Shown here piece by piece: positions 35,473 through 46,401 of a stretch of DNA of 64,000 nt (within the stretch, counting starts at the first letter, position 1; every line of letters starts with the position of its first letter). Position numbers and translations under genes: made by a program. Below the pieces are notes generated by a model. That model saw nothing but the letters and a program-made list of their open reading frames with translations, made no database searches and was not told the DNA's origin. The stretch lies in the IMG/VR virus record IMGVR_UViG_3300017963_000192, positions 1 to 64,000 of that record. One strand, given 5' to 3'.

Positions 35473-38400
35473 TTATATCATCTCAACCGCATCATCGAGA
35501 AGTCTTACATTAACACCTAAATCTACATAAGATGCCCCATCGTTTGGTTGTTTCATTGTTCTCGTAACATAATATTTATCATATGTTGGTTGATATTTGA
35601 TTATTACGTTTCCAGTACCTGTTGCTGGAGGAGTATCAAAGCTTACTCCAAAGTACCCTGTTGAGGTATTAACTGTTTCGTCATCATAATCTGTAGCATT
35701 TGATCCCCAGGTTAATGTATAATCATATGGTAACAACCAATTAGTTCCACCATCTACACTAAAAGAAACTGGAGTATATGCATGGTTATTTCCAGACAGC
35801 ACAAATTCTGTTGTAGAATCATCGCCATTAAATGTTTGGGTTTCTTCTATATCTACAGTTGAGCCTGCTGTTAATGTATAATCTCTTGTAACAGATGTCC
35901 AATCTGTGTGCCACATTGTTGCAACAGTTTCAATTTCACTTTGTGCAAGTTCCTCTATTAAGAAATATTGCTGTATTCTTATATAATCGTTACTTCCACC
36001 ATTATTTTCACCAGAATGTTCTACTTTGATTTTATATTCATGTGTAGCATCTGGCAATGTTATCCAACAAACATAATCATCATCTACTGATGCCTCAGCA
36101 TGATAGATGCTTATATTTTCCTCATCCCAATCAGGGACAACGGTACTTGTAGTAACATCAGTAACAGTAACTTTAACACCACCGCTATCATCATCTTTAA
36201 TAAAATGAATTCCAGCCCCTACATAACCTGTAATATTTTCCCATTCTAGATATCCTTCTGTTGTACCATCTCTGTTTAGAGTCATTACATTGCCAGTGCT
36301 TGTCCATGTAGCTGTAGCACCATCAGTGTAGGTTATGTTAGCATCTCCAGTAGATGTTACTGTAACAACTTCCGATTCTGGCAATATAGCATTTTGTATA
36401 TAATGTGCTTGTGAAGGATTATCACAATCAAATGTTTCTGATACATGTATGCACTGATCCATATTAGGAAAGTGGAATATTTGATTAGGAACAGAAGCAG
36501 TCTTTTCTACAAATGAAAGAATTCCATGTTCTGGTGAGTATCTAACTTGATACTCACCAGGATTTATAGTGCTATATGCTATTGGCATCCTTGTAAACAT
36601 TGGTCTTGTTTTTTCAGTTATACCTGCGGGTTCAGTTGAACCATCAAATCCCCCAGAAGTTTTCATATGAGTCCATTGGTTTCGGTAGTAGGTGTCAAGC
36701 TCATCTCTAAATCTTAACTTTTTGAAAATGTCGAATCCTTGAAAAGATGATGTCAATCTTGCCCCAAATGCTAAATCTTCATAATTGTCTATTGATGTAT
36801 ACTCATATGATGTGGCGACTTCAACATTCCATATGTTTTCCAAGGTTTCATTCTCAACATCAACTATTTGAATTCCTCCTTTTGCAGAACCATCTCCGTC
36901 AGTACCAACAATTAATTGATGCCTATCATCTCCGCTTATAGTTTTCCAGTAACGAGAGTTGGGAGAAATGTCCACAACAACCCCTCCACATAGGTCAGAA
37001 TCTACTTCCGTAACATCCGCTCCTTGATCTTCATTAATTTCCCAAACAGGAATATTGTAATATTTAATAGATCCATTTACGGCATAATCACCCATAAAAA
37101 GTGTCCCGCTTGGTGCTATCCACACAGCACGTGCTCCCATAGAAACATCATTCGCAAGATTGTTCCAAATTCTAACAGGAGTTCTGTTATTATTATTTTC
37201 GTCCCAATCTATTCTTAATAATTCAGTTCCTCCATCAGTTCCCACAGCCACAAAAGTAGCCGGATTAGCTCCTTTATAATCTGACGGATCATCCTGTATA
37301 AATGTGCGGGCATGAAATTTTCTTGCAACACTTGATATATTTAACTCTGCATTATATGTTCCAGCCCATCCATTAGCATCGTTTCTTTCTGTTAGAGTTC
37401 CATCATAATACTGCCCGCTATAAACAGCAGAATGGCATACTGTTGTTTTCCCTGATTGTAAATCAATAATCGTAAGATAATAGCCATTGGAACCGACAAA
37501 AATCATATCCTTTTCAATATATATTGCATATACTACGCATGCGACAACTGCTATGAGATTATTAATAGAGCCTTCTTTATAATGCTGAACTCTTATTTTA
37601 CTCGGATCTCTTCTAGGAAGTCCACTGCTAGAAACATCAGAAAGAAATTCGTCTAAATGAAGAATAGATATTCCATTATCTCCATATCCAACAGCCATAT
37701 AGTTCATATCTGGCACATCTCTAATATCTGAAAAATCTTCAGGATCAAAATATCTTTTAACTATCGGAGTAGAACACCATACACTATTTGAAAGTAATAT
37801 GTTGTCTGTACTTAAAAACGAATGGAGTTGCATAACGTCTGGATCTTCTAGGATTTTCATTCTAGATATGATACCTGATGTTAGTCTCATAGCTAGTAGA
37901 TCATTTCCACTTACTGTTATGCAAGATTGTCCATTTGTAGCAAATACAGGACTCATATCTTGATAAATATGTTTTACATACCAGGCACTTGATGTTGATA
38001 ATGTTTTATCTAATGCATATACTTTTGAAGGACTAGTATTAGCAGTATAATCGTTTACATATAATGTTCCATTATTATATCCCATCCCCATCCAAACATT
38101 TGTAGGAGCAGGTAAATCGTATGCCGATGCATCATATGAAGTGGTTCCATCAGCACTAAACTTAACAATTTTATCTGTATATCCACAACATGCATACACT
38201 ACATCGTCATCAGCGTCGTATGCAAGACCATATTTATAATTAGTTTTATCCGCAGAATATCCAGTAGCACTAACCTCTATTCCTGACCAGCTTCCTCCTA
38301 TGGATATTAATTTATCTGCCATATCCGTTACAAAATCTGATAAGTAACCATAATATATAGATACCCCTGATCCGTTAGCGAACATCAAGTAAATAGTATC

Positions 38401-40002
38401 TGTGGATTCTTTAAATGTTATACCATATAATCCAGCATAAGATGCACCACTTACCTCTGCATATTCATAGTCACCAGTTATTGTATCATATCTAAATATT
38501 GTACCAGAACCTCCATCTCCTGTCCAATAATATCTATCTCCCTCTACTCCAATAACATATGGACTAGCAGGAAGGTTACTAGGAGCATATGATGCGGGAT
38601 TTACTACTTGAACTATCTGATTCTCAGCCCATTTTGCATTTTTGAGTGATCTCTTTGCTAAGAAACTGCCACTATCACTACCATCAGCATTACTAACAAC
38701 TTCTAAAATATCTCCTTCTTTTGAAATAGCAATACCTTCTTTTGAAACATTGTCTCCCCTTGCATCAGTATCTCTAGTAACTTCAAATCTTCCTGAAACT
38801 TTAATAGCATCTGGTGTCCCAGTTGATGTACTACCACTAAAGTCACCGCTATATGACCCGCCACTTTCTGATACATCAAACTTAAATATAAATCTTTCAT
38901 TTGCTCCTTGCTCATTAAGTTTTACCCATAAATCATTTCCGTTTTTACACATCCCAACACTACTTTGAGCACTAGAACCAATAGAAACAATATAATCTAT
39001 TCTTACAGAACTTCTTGGATTTCCTGTTTCAAATGAACCTGCACCATCATCTGCGATTTCATAAAATTCTAATTCTAATTGATAATTAGGTGTTAACCCT
39101 GTATTATATATAAGCTTTGACACAGCAACATGAGTATCATTCCACACAGTACAATCTGTATAGTAATGACCATCTGCTCTTCTGTCTAATTGTTCACATA
39201 CATGGAAGTCTCCATTAGAATCCCACACTTCTTGCCAAGTCAGTGTACCACCATTTGGAGTATCATTTTTACCAAGTGTTCCATCAGAATTAATTGATAT
39301 CTTACCTAATCCTACTGTTGAAACACCACTACTATCGTTAGTTATAGTTATAAATAAGTTTGTTCCGTCTAGAGTAACATCTATTCCTGAACAAAAAATA
39401 TTACTTCCTATAGCAGTTATATACCATCTTCCAAGAACCTCAACTCTTCCATCTTTCATAGAAGATGATAATTTAACAATTTCACCGATAGCATTCGCAC
39501 CATTATTGCTCATTAACCAATAACAATCATTTACTGAATCGTATCTACTAATACAATGTTTATATGATTGCCCAACACCTTCTAAATTAAACTCATCAAC
39601 AACCTCTAGCATATAGGATTGTTTCTGATTTCTAAGAAAAGCATTTTTAAATATGGGATCTTCCTCTCTATTTTTCCAGTTATTATTCCAATCGGTATCG
39701 TCCATAACTTCAGCAGGTTTATTTGATGAAGTTTCAAAATCTGCTGTTTGAGATTCGTCAAAGAAACATTCAATTATATGATCAGATGATTGACTTCTTC
39801 TTTGCTGTAGATAAGAAGTTTCTATAGACATTTCTATAAGTTTAAGCTCAGTCGCATCTTGCCTATCTAATAAAGGATTAACCTTACTGTCTACATTAAC
39901 AGTAATACGATTCTCAACATACTCATTGACACTATCGATGAGATTATCTTGAATATCATCCCAATCTATAACGATTTTACTGGCTTTTGTAAGTTCTGAC
40001 AT
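35473..40002 (-). CDS. large tail fibre/receptor-binding protein (beta-rich)
   Basis: 1509 aa, D/S/G/Y/W-rich with propeller-like blades, in the tail module. Confidence 0.7.
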   Translation of the reverse strand: MSELTKASKIVIDWDDIQDNLIDSVNEYVENRITVNVDSKVNPLLDRQDATELKLIEMSIETSYLQQRRSQSSDHIIECFFDESQTADFETSSNKPAEVMDDTDWNNNWKNREEDPIFKNAFLRNQKQSYMLEVVDEFNLEGVGQSYKHCISRYDSVNDCYWLMSNNGANAIGEIVKLSSSMKDGRVEVLGRWYITAIGSNIFCSGIDVTLDGTNLFITITNDSSGVSTVGLGKISINSDGTLGKNDTPNGGTLTWQEVWDSNGDFHVCEQLDRRADGHYYTDCTVWNDTHVAVSKLIYNTGLTPNYQLELEFYEIADDGAGSFETGNPRSSVRIDYIVSIGSSAQSSVGMCKNGNDLWVKLNEQGANERFIFKFDVSESGGSYSGDFSGSTSTGTPDAIKVSGRFEVTRDTDARGDNVSKEGIAISKEGDILEVVSNADGSDSGSFLAKRSLKNAKWAENQIVQVVNPASYAPSNLPASPYVIGVEGDRYYWTGDGGSGTIFRYDTITGDYEYAEVSGASYAGLYGITFKESTDTIYLMFANGSGVSIYYGYLSDFVTDMADKLISIGGSWSGIEVSATGYSADKTNYKYGLAYDADDDVVYACCGYTDKIVKFSADGTTSYDASAYDLPAPTNVWMGMGYNNGTLYVNDYTANTSPSKVYALDKTLSTSSAWYVKHIYQDMSPVFATNGQSCITVSGNDLLAMRLTSGIISRMKILEDPDVMQLHSFLSTDNILLSNSVWCSTPIVKRYFDPEDFSDIRDVPDMNYMAVGYGDNGISILHLDEFLSDVSSSGLPRRDPSKIRVQHYKEGSINNLIAVVACVVYAIYIEKDMIFVGSNGYYLTIIDLQSGKTTVCHSAVYSGQYYDGTLTERNDANGWAGTYNAELNISSVARKFHARTFIQDDPSDYKGANPATFVAVGTDGGTELLRIDWDENNNNRTPVRIWNNLANDVSMGARAVWIAPSGTLFMGDYAVNGSIKYYNIPVWEINEDQGADVTEVDSDLCGGVVVDISPNSRYWKTISGDDRHQLIVGTDGDGSAKGGIQIVDVENETLENIWNVEVATSYEYTSIDNYEDLAFGARLTSSFQGFDIFKKLRFRDELDTYYRNQWTHMKTSGGFDGSTEPAGITEKTRPMFTRMPIAYSTINPGEYQVRYSPEHGILSFVEKTASVPNQIFHFPNMDQCIHVSETFDCDNPSQAHYIQNAILPESEVVTVTSTGDANITYTDGATATWTSTGNVMTLNRDGTTEGYLEWENITGYVGAGIHFIKDDDSGGVKVTVTDVTTSTVVPDWDEENISIYHAEASVDDDYVCWITLPDATHEYKIKVEHSGENNGGSNDYIRIQQYFLIEELAQSEIETVATMWHTDWTSVTRDYTLTAGSTVDIEETQTFNGDDSTTEFVLSGNNHAYTPVSFSVDGGTNWLLPYDYTLTWGSNATDYDDETVNTSTGYFGVSFDTPPATGTGNVIIKYQPTYDKYYVTRTMKQPNDGASYVDLGVNVRLLDDAVEMI

Positions 40003-40005
40003 TAT

Positions 40006-40131
40006 TTACAATCTCCTATCTATTTTTTCAACAGCAGCCTCAAGCTCTGCGATTCTCTCGAAAAGATTTTTTAATGCATTTTTTGTATTACTGTCTAAAA
40101 CGTTACTTGTTATTTTGGTTAAATCTGCCAT
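40006..40131 (-). CDS. 41-aa coiled-coil peptide, paralog of 35301-35465
   Basis: ..DSNTKNALKNLFERIAELEAAVEKIDRRL*. Confidence 0.7.
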   Translation of the reverse strand: MADLTKITSNVLDSNTKNALKNLFERIAELEAAVEKIDRRL

Positions 40132-40146
40132 ATTCTAAAACCTCTT

Positions 40147-43100
40147 CTATGTAACATATATTTCAATAGTATTAGCATCTATAATCTGAGTAAGTACTCC
40201 AATTTTAGTAAATAATAATGGTGCAGCATATCCAGGTGTTGCTCCATTAAGTTCAGTAGGATTAAGGAGTAATCCACTTGAATAATATAAATAAAGAGCA
40301 TCACCTACTGTCCAAGTTCCGTTTCCTACTGGTGATGTGCTTACTCTTACTAGACCTTTTGCACATATATTAACTGGATTAGGTCGTCCGAGTTTATTGA
40401 CTGTTGGAATACTATGACACACTCCTATAACACTATAGTATCTTGAACTTGATGCAGTCCCATAAGGGAATGCATCTATTCTGCCAGTACCTCCAGATTC
40501 TATACATGCTATATTACCAGGTAAGACTGCACCCGTACTAGTACTTTCCATAGTAAACAAAATACTTTCGTGTTGCATCTTCCTAAATTTATCTTCAACA
40601 CTTTCATTTTCACCATGAAGTAGTATGGATTTAGCATCCATATCTGTTGTCATGTCTTTAAGATTAAATTCTATTAGATAATCATTTGCATTATATCCAC
40701 TAGGAAATTTGACTCTACCAGTTCTAACATCAACACCTATATAAGTTTCATATTCCCAAGTACTCCAAATAGAATCATTTGATAAATCAACTCCCATTAT
40801 ATCTAACACACTTTGATCATATCTTCCACCAGCAGGATCACCATTTGCTAATCTTTCACTAACTATCGAAGTTCCAGAAGTATTTGTTATGTTTACTATA
40901 TCACTACTTTTGTATTTACCAACATAAGGTTTATACATCTCAACAAAGTTAATAGCATTAGTTGTTACTTGTGCTCTTATTTCTGGAGGATCACCGCTCG
41001 TTCTATCTACAACTAAAATGTGATAATGATATGTTTCTCCTATTGTTAAATCTACGTCTATTTCAAAGTAATTCCAATCAGCATCAGTAATGTTTGCGTA
41101 TAATATAGTAGCAGTATCCCCTACTTGTTCATTAGATGAATTGTGTATGTAAACCTCTAAAGATACCCATCCAGATTTTTTATCTGATACATAAAAACCA
41201 ACTCTTTGATGTTGCTCCGATGCAAGCAACGTTGCTGTCGGAGTAAAATAAACTATCGTTGCAGTATTAGGATCTTCATTTATTACAACAGTTTTATCTG
41301 TTACAAGTCTAATAGCACCACCTATAGTTAATGAATTATCTGCTCTACTAACAGGATAAACTTGTTCAACATCCCAATAATTTAAACTATGTCCAGTAGA
41401 TGTACAAAGTTCTTTTGCATCGTCTAAATAAATCTCTGCTTGTCTATTTGCACTAGGTTGAGTATAAAATTTAAATAATGTATCTCTATAATTAGTAACT
41501 TTATAAGGTTCCGTTTCAGGTCTTCCATATAATAATTCATACGCATAATAAGTATCAAGTTTTCCTACAAGAACACTATAAAGAGTAAGATAATCTCTAA
41601 CTTCATCTACTGTTATTCTTACCGTATGGTATCCTTCAGAGAATCCCTTTGTTACAAATATTGGATAGTACTCTATTGTATCTTTACTTGACAAATCTAT
41701 AGTATGATATTCAGATAATGCAAGTTCTCCATCAACAGCAGATTCTATTGCAGTAAACCCAATTAGATGATTAAATAAGTCTGCATAATCAAAATCCAAT
41801 GCTACAGTAGATGAAGAACCAGTTGCAGTATTAGTTACTTTTATATCTTTACCTGTTTCAGGAAACGTGTTTGAAACAAGTGTAACTGTAAAACCATCAG
41901 ATACAACAGCAGCGTGCATTAAATCTTTTAAATTAGAATATGTTGGATTAGTACTTCCAGTAGTTATTGCATAACTAGTTCCATTTACTTTAAAATGATA
42001 ACTAGTATTTGTTGCTAATCCACATGGATCAGTCTCTGTTATTTCTAAATCTAATTGTTGATAACCAGAAGTTGGTGGAGAATCAGTACCATCAACAGCA
42101 GTATCAAATGCTATAAATCCTGTTATACTATTAAACAAATCTCCAACATTTGTATCACAATGGTCAATATTAATATAAGAATCTAATCCTTCATAGAGAG
42201 CATCTGTAATTCGAATATCACCACCAGTAACTTCCGCACCAAACCCGCTCGCTCTAATAGCAATTTCCATTAAAGCTGCAACATTTGAATATGTTGGATT
42301 AGCTCCAGAATTTATTTGATAAGTTGTACCGTTAACTTTAAAACTATAATTGGTATTTAATATTAATCCAGATTGATTATTTGTATTTACAACAAGTCCT
42401 AATTCTTGATAACCTGCAACAGTATTAAATTCAACCGTTACGGTATTTTCCCAAGGAGTTTTATCTACAAGCATCCAAAATTCATCATTATCCAAACAAC
42501 TTATTGTCGTTGTTATTCTAGTACCCGAAGTTGTAGTTCTTACTGCATCTCTATCATTAATAATAGATTGTGTCCATTGCTCTCCACTTACATCGATTTC
42601 TCCAGATGAAGTGTAATAAGTTAGTTTTCCTACAGTTCTTCTTTTATCACTATAATCGTCACTTTGAATTTCAAGCAAATTTCTTACATATTGAGCAAAC
42701 GTTCTATTGTCCGTAATATCTGCTGATGATATAGATGTATAAAATGGTTTAACTTGTATTTGTGCTAACGGAATATATCTTTCACTTTGGAATGGTGGAA
42801 GTTCATAAACATCTTCAGTACCAGTAATTACTCGGATATCATTTCCTTCTCCAACTTCTACTAAATCATATCTTGTATAACCCCATTCATAATAACAATG
42901 AATTTCCTCTAAAGCAATACGAGATTCTATAGTAGGTGGTATTGTAATAATACCCCTATCATAATCTACTGTATAATCAATTCCTTCTCTAAATCCGTCA
43001 GGATAAGGTTCTCCAAATTTATCTGTTATTTTTAAATTACCTATATTTTGATATGTCAAAGTTACTGTACTTGGAAGAGCTGGTACGATATGAACTTCTC

Positions 43101-44109
43101 CATTTCTTGTTTCCCAATCACCTACTTGAAAAGTTGTTTGAGGTTCTAATTGGAGTGTTAATTCTTCTCCTTGAAGAACGTGTGATATATCTCCTTGAAC
43201 AAGTGCTTTACCACTTTGAACAACGACAGCTAACCCTGTGCTCGCCGGAATAACTTCCATTTCATCCCATTCACCTTGTATAATACCGTTACCGTGAAGT
43301 TTATTAGCGGCAGAATCTGCGTCTAATAATGAAATGTTAGTAGATTCATCCCAAGTGCTTGTTCCTTTTAAATCTTTTATAACTGTTCTAATATTGTTTA
43401 GATTATCTTCTAAGTTATCAGGTGTTCCAGAATAGTCATCATTAATTGTTTGAGATTCTTGGACATTTAATTGAGGAAGGGTAAAACCTTCTGTTGCAAT
43501 CATTTCTGTTTGAATAGAACCTTCTTGAATGAATGATCTTACATATGTTCTTCCATTTTCTGTTACTGTTTCTATAGCACTTGTTCCATTTGCTATAAAA
43601 CTTCCAAGACAGACATGTTGAGAAACTTCTTCAGATGAAAGTGCAGTAACTTCAGCTTGAGTATAAACTTTAACTTCCCATTTATCAATTTCTCTATCAT
43701 AGATAGTTTGATAATCATATAAGTCTATATTTCTTTTAACACCTTCTTCTACTGTTTCAGAAGATTTATTAAAAGTTCCCTGAACTCTATATAAACGAAC
43801 ATATACAAAATTCTCAACACCACTAGTAGAATCTGATGCCGCAATAGGATCTAAAATATCTTGAGTTTCTATTATGTCAGCATTTTCAGATATTAATCCG
43901 CCCCAACCCCCTTCGTGATAAATCATAACTTTGGTTGCATCTGTAGTACTGACTGCAAGATTAAAACCTTTGATTATTGCCGCAACTCCAGGATTTTGAA
44001 TAATTTGTCGATACAATTTTTTTAATTCATCTTCTGTTGTATCTTGAAGATATTCGTAATCCGTGCTATATAGATTTTGTATTTTACCTTCGAATAGTAT
44101 CTTATTCAT
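40147..44109 (-). CDS. large tail protein with internal tandem repeat
   Basis: 1320 aa; two ~110-aa repeats (GYQ..FKVNGT.Y..NPTYSN..DLFN..GF..AVDG). Confidence 0.7.
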   Translation of the reverse strand: MNKILFEGKIQNLYSTDYEYLQDTTEDELKKLYRQIIQNPGVAAIIKGFNLAVSTTDATKVMIYHEGGWGGLISENADIIETQDILDPIAASDSTSGVENFVYVRLYRVQGTFNKSSETVEEGVKRNIDLYDYQTIYDREIDKWEVKVYTQAEVTALSSEEVSQHVCLGSFIANGTSAIETVTENGRTYVRSFIQEGSIQTEMIATEGFTLPQLNVQESQTINDDYSGTPDNLEDNLNNIRTVIKDLKGTSTWDESTNISLLDADSAANKLHGNGIIQGEWDEMEVIPASTGLAVVVQSGKALVQGDISHVLQGEELTLQLEPQTTFQVGDWETRNGEVHIVPALPSTVTLTYQNIGNLKITDKFGEPYPDGFREGIDYTVDYDRGIITIPPTIESRIALEEIHCYYEWGYTRYDLVEVGEGNDIRVITGTEDVYELPPFQSERYIPLAQIQVKPFYTSISSADITDNRTFAQYVRNLLEIQSDDYSDKRRTVGKLTYYTSSGEIDVSGEQWTQSIINDRDAVRTTTSGTRITTTISCLDNDEFWMLVDKTPWENTVTVEFNTVAGYQELGLVVNTNNQSGLILNTNYSFKVNGTTYQINSGANPTYSNVAALMEIAIRASGFGAEVTGGDIRITDALYEGLDSYINIDHCDTNVGDLFNSITGFIAFDTAVDGTDSPPTSGYQQLDLEITETDPCGLATNTSYHFKVNGTSYAITTGSTNPTYSNLKDLMHAAVVSDGFTVTLVSNTFPETGKDIKVTNTATGSSSTVALDFDYADLFNHLIGFTAIESAVDGELALSEYHTIDLSSKDTIEYYPIFVTKGFSEGYHTVRITVDEVRDYLTLYSVLVGKLDTYYAYELLYGRPETEPYKVTNYRDTLFKFYTQPSANRQAEIYLDDAKELCTSTGHSLNYWDVEQVYPVSRADNSLTIGGAIRLVTDKTVVINEDPNTATIVYFTPTATLLASEQHQRVGFYVSDKKSGWVSLEVYIHNSSNEQVGDTATILYANITDADWNYFEIDVDLTIGETYHYHILVVDRTSGDPPEIRAQVTTNAINFVEMYKPYVGKYKSSDIVNITNTSGTSIVSERLANGDPAGGRYDQSVLDIMGVDLSNDSIWSTWEYETYIGVDVRTGRVKFPSGYNANDYLIEFNLKDMTTDMDAKSILLHGENESVEDKFRKMQHESILFTMESTSTGAVLPGNIACIESGGTGRIDAFPYGTASSSRYYSVIGVCHSIPTVNKLGRPNPVNICAKGLVRVSTSPVGNGTWTVGDALYLYYSSGLLLNPTELNGATPGYAAPLLFTKIGVLTQIIDANTIEIYVT

Positions 44110-44112
44110 AAT

Positions 44113-46398
44113 TTAAGTTCCTTCTATGTCTGTAAATACAGGAATATAATAAACACTTGTTCCTATATATATTTTTAACCATCCAGCACTGTCCGATGTT
44201 GTCCCTGCTTGAGTAAGACGTATTGTTCCTATACCTGTGTTTATAGATGTGTTTGTAGTATTTGTTAAAGTTATACCTCCCACTTCTCCAAAACCAACAT
44301 CATCATATACTAGTAATCCAGAAACACCAGTTACTCCAGTAGATGTAACTACTTCCAACGAAACTCCAGTAGAAGTAATTACTTCTAATGCAATACCTTC
44401 GTTACTACTTATGGATAAGTTTCCATCTAAAGAAATATCTCCACCATAAATATTGTCCGTGTCTAAATGTTCTCTTCGTATACTTCCAGTAGGAGGCTCT
44501 ATCACATTTAAATTTCTAATATGTAGGACTCTCACAACATTTCCAGCAACTAAAGGTGTTGCAAATATAAGCACATCATCGACTAACGAGAATGCTGTGT
44601 TATTTTGAAGAGCACCATCAATTGAAACAATTATAAAATCTTTTGATATTGGAGAATAGCTTAATGTAAATTGAGTCTCCCCTGTAGATGTTACTGTAAA
44701 TTCATCACTATCTAAACTTGCCCCAGGATGTGCAAACATATTATGAACATACTGTAATCTTACTTCTTCTCCACCGTATAATGGAGTCACAAACGTTACT
44801 GTTGTGCCGTTCCATGTATACGCTGCTTTACTTTGAAGAACACCATCAATTGATACTATTAGATAATCTTGGTGTATTGGTGTTTCTGTTAAAGTGAATG
44901 CTGTTTGACTTACTGTTGCTGTGTACTCATCAACTTGCATTGCTGCACCAATAGCGGGACGATACGGTATAACAAAAGCCTCATTAGTAGTAATGGCATA
45001 TAGCATCGGATTTGATATTTGAGGCTCTGTTGCCGTAACTTCACCAGCAGTAGTGTCTGATAAGTAGTACCAAGAATTAGGAGTATAACCTACCGTATAA
45101 GTTAAATCCTCAAAGTATCCACCTGAACTTATTAGAAAATTGTCAGCATCAAGTACTCTTATTACAACAAATTGTCCAAGAGTATTTGGATCATCTGCTT
45201 TAGCTTTTACATATCCATCTGGATCGACTGTAGAATCCCATCTTAAAATATCGCCTGGAATGAATCCGTGTGCAGTCATGCTAACACGGTGAGTTGTTCC
45301 ACCACCACCGCCTATAGATTCCCAATTTGCTATATCATCAACAAAGTTAGCTGTTGAAGTGTGTCCGGTAATACATTTATAAATACCGTCTTCATAATAA
45401 ACAACTTCACCAACAGTATAGGCTAAACTGCTTCCCCAAGGAAACACCAGACCTTTCGCAGTTAGTTTGTTATATACTACTAAATCACCTCCACCAGATG
45501 CACTACCAATAGAGGCATCTCCCTTATTAACAGAAAAACTACCTTCTTCAACAGTTAAATCATTTGTTATTACTGAATTATCATCTACTGTTAAAGATCC
45601 CCCAACATTTAAGTCCTCAATATTCATATTAGCAGTTACTGTTAAATCTGGAATAGTTAAAGCTCCAGTCATTGTATCTCCAGTAACATTTACATATCTA
45701 ATATCATTATATCCCCTATCTCCAACTTCATTATCAGTTGTGGGATCTGCTACATCTGTTATTGAATTTCCTTGTAAACTTATATCAGAACCAAATGTTG
45801 AAGCTCCTTGTATTTCGGCAGTACCTGTAACTTGAAGATTTACTATTGCCTGACTATCAAATCTGTCTTGTCTTGATATATCTATATCACTAACTTGTAT
45901 AGAACCACTAGCATAAAGTGTAGTATCGTATAAAACGTCACATAGAAGGACAGCATTTGTTGGTATTGTTGGTCGTACAGCACTTCCTATATTTGCTATC
46001 GTACCTTGAATAGTAGAAATATTATAGCTATTTTGATAATCTTTATAATAAACAACGTCATCAATGTCAGTATCTTGTTCAGATGTTTGATAAGTATATT
46101 CAACATAAGCTGTTACATATACTTCTTTTCCAGCAGTAGGGTCAACTGATGGTTTCATAAAAATATTAGTATTGGTAGGTACGTATATTCTTTCTCCAAG
46201 ATAGCTTCTTGCAATCAAATTTTGAAGTGTAATTGTATGTTCTAATGTTAAGTGTGGTTGAAATGTTCCGCCAGATATAATACCTTTTATATTACCATCT
46301 AAAGCTATCTCTCTCAAATTATATTCAATATAATCTTGAGCGAGATTATGCTCGCTTGCTACTACTTCTCTACCTTTACCAAATTGTCTTTTTCTCAT
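44113..46398 (-). CDS. tail fibre-like protein
   Basis: N-terminus similar to that of 40147-44109; CBM5/12-like W..Y..GEVVYY..Y.C..HTS; two FTL..P..LIVSIDG.LQ modules. Confidence 0.7.
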   Translation of the reverse strand: MRKRQFGKGREVVASEHNLAQDYIEYNLREIALDGNIKGIISGGTFQPHLTLEHTITLQNLIARSYLGERIYVPTNTNIFMKPSVDPTAGKEVYVTAYVEYTYQTSEQDTDIDDVVYYKDYQNSYNISTIQGTIANIGSAVRPTIPTNAVLLCDVLYDTTLYASGSIQVSDIDISRQDRFDSQAIVNLQVTGTAEIQGASTFGSDISLQGNSITDVADPTTDNEVGDRGYNDIRYVNVTGDTMTGALTIPDLTVTANMNIEDLNVGGSLTVDDNSVITNDLTVEEGSFSVNKGDASIGSASGGGDLVVYNKLTAKGLVFPWGSSLAYTVGEVVYYEDGIYKCITGHTSTANFVDDIANWESIGGGGGTTHRVSMTAHGFIPGDILRWDSTVDPDGYVKAKADDPNTLGQFVVIRVLDADNFLISSGGYFEDLTYTVGYTPNSWYYLSDTTAGEVTATEPQISNPMLYAITTNEAFVIPYRPAIGAAMQVDEYTATVSQTAFTLTETPIHQDYLIVSIDGVLQSKAAYTWNGTTVTFVTPLYGGEEVRLQYVHNMFAHPGASLDSDEFTVTSTGETQFTLSYSPISKDFIIVSIDGALQNNTAFSLVDDVLIFATPLVAGNVVRVLHIRNLNVIEPPTGSIRREHLDTDNIYGGDISLDGNLSISSNEGIALEVITSTGVSLEVVTSTGVTGVSGLLVYDDVGFGEVGGITLTNTTNTSINTGIGTIRLTQAGTTSDSAGWLKIYIGTSVYYIPVFTDIEGT

Positions 46399-46401
46399 AT
46401 C

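Larger units (their letters stand above)
35292..40025. repeat. 29-bp perfect direct repeat (35292-35320, 39997-40025)
   Basis: TGACATTATTTACAATCTCCTATCTATTT in both copies. Confidence 0.9.
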
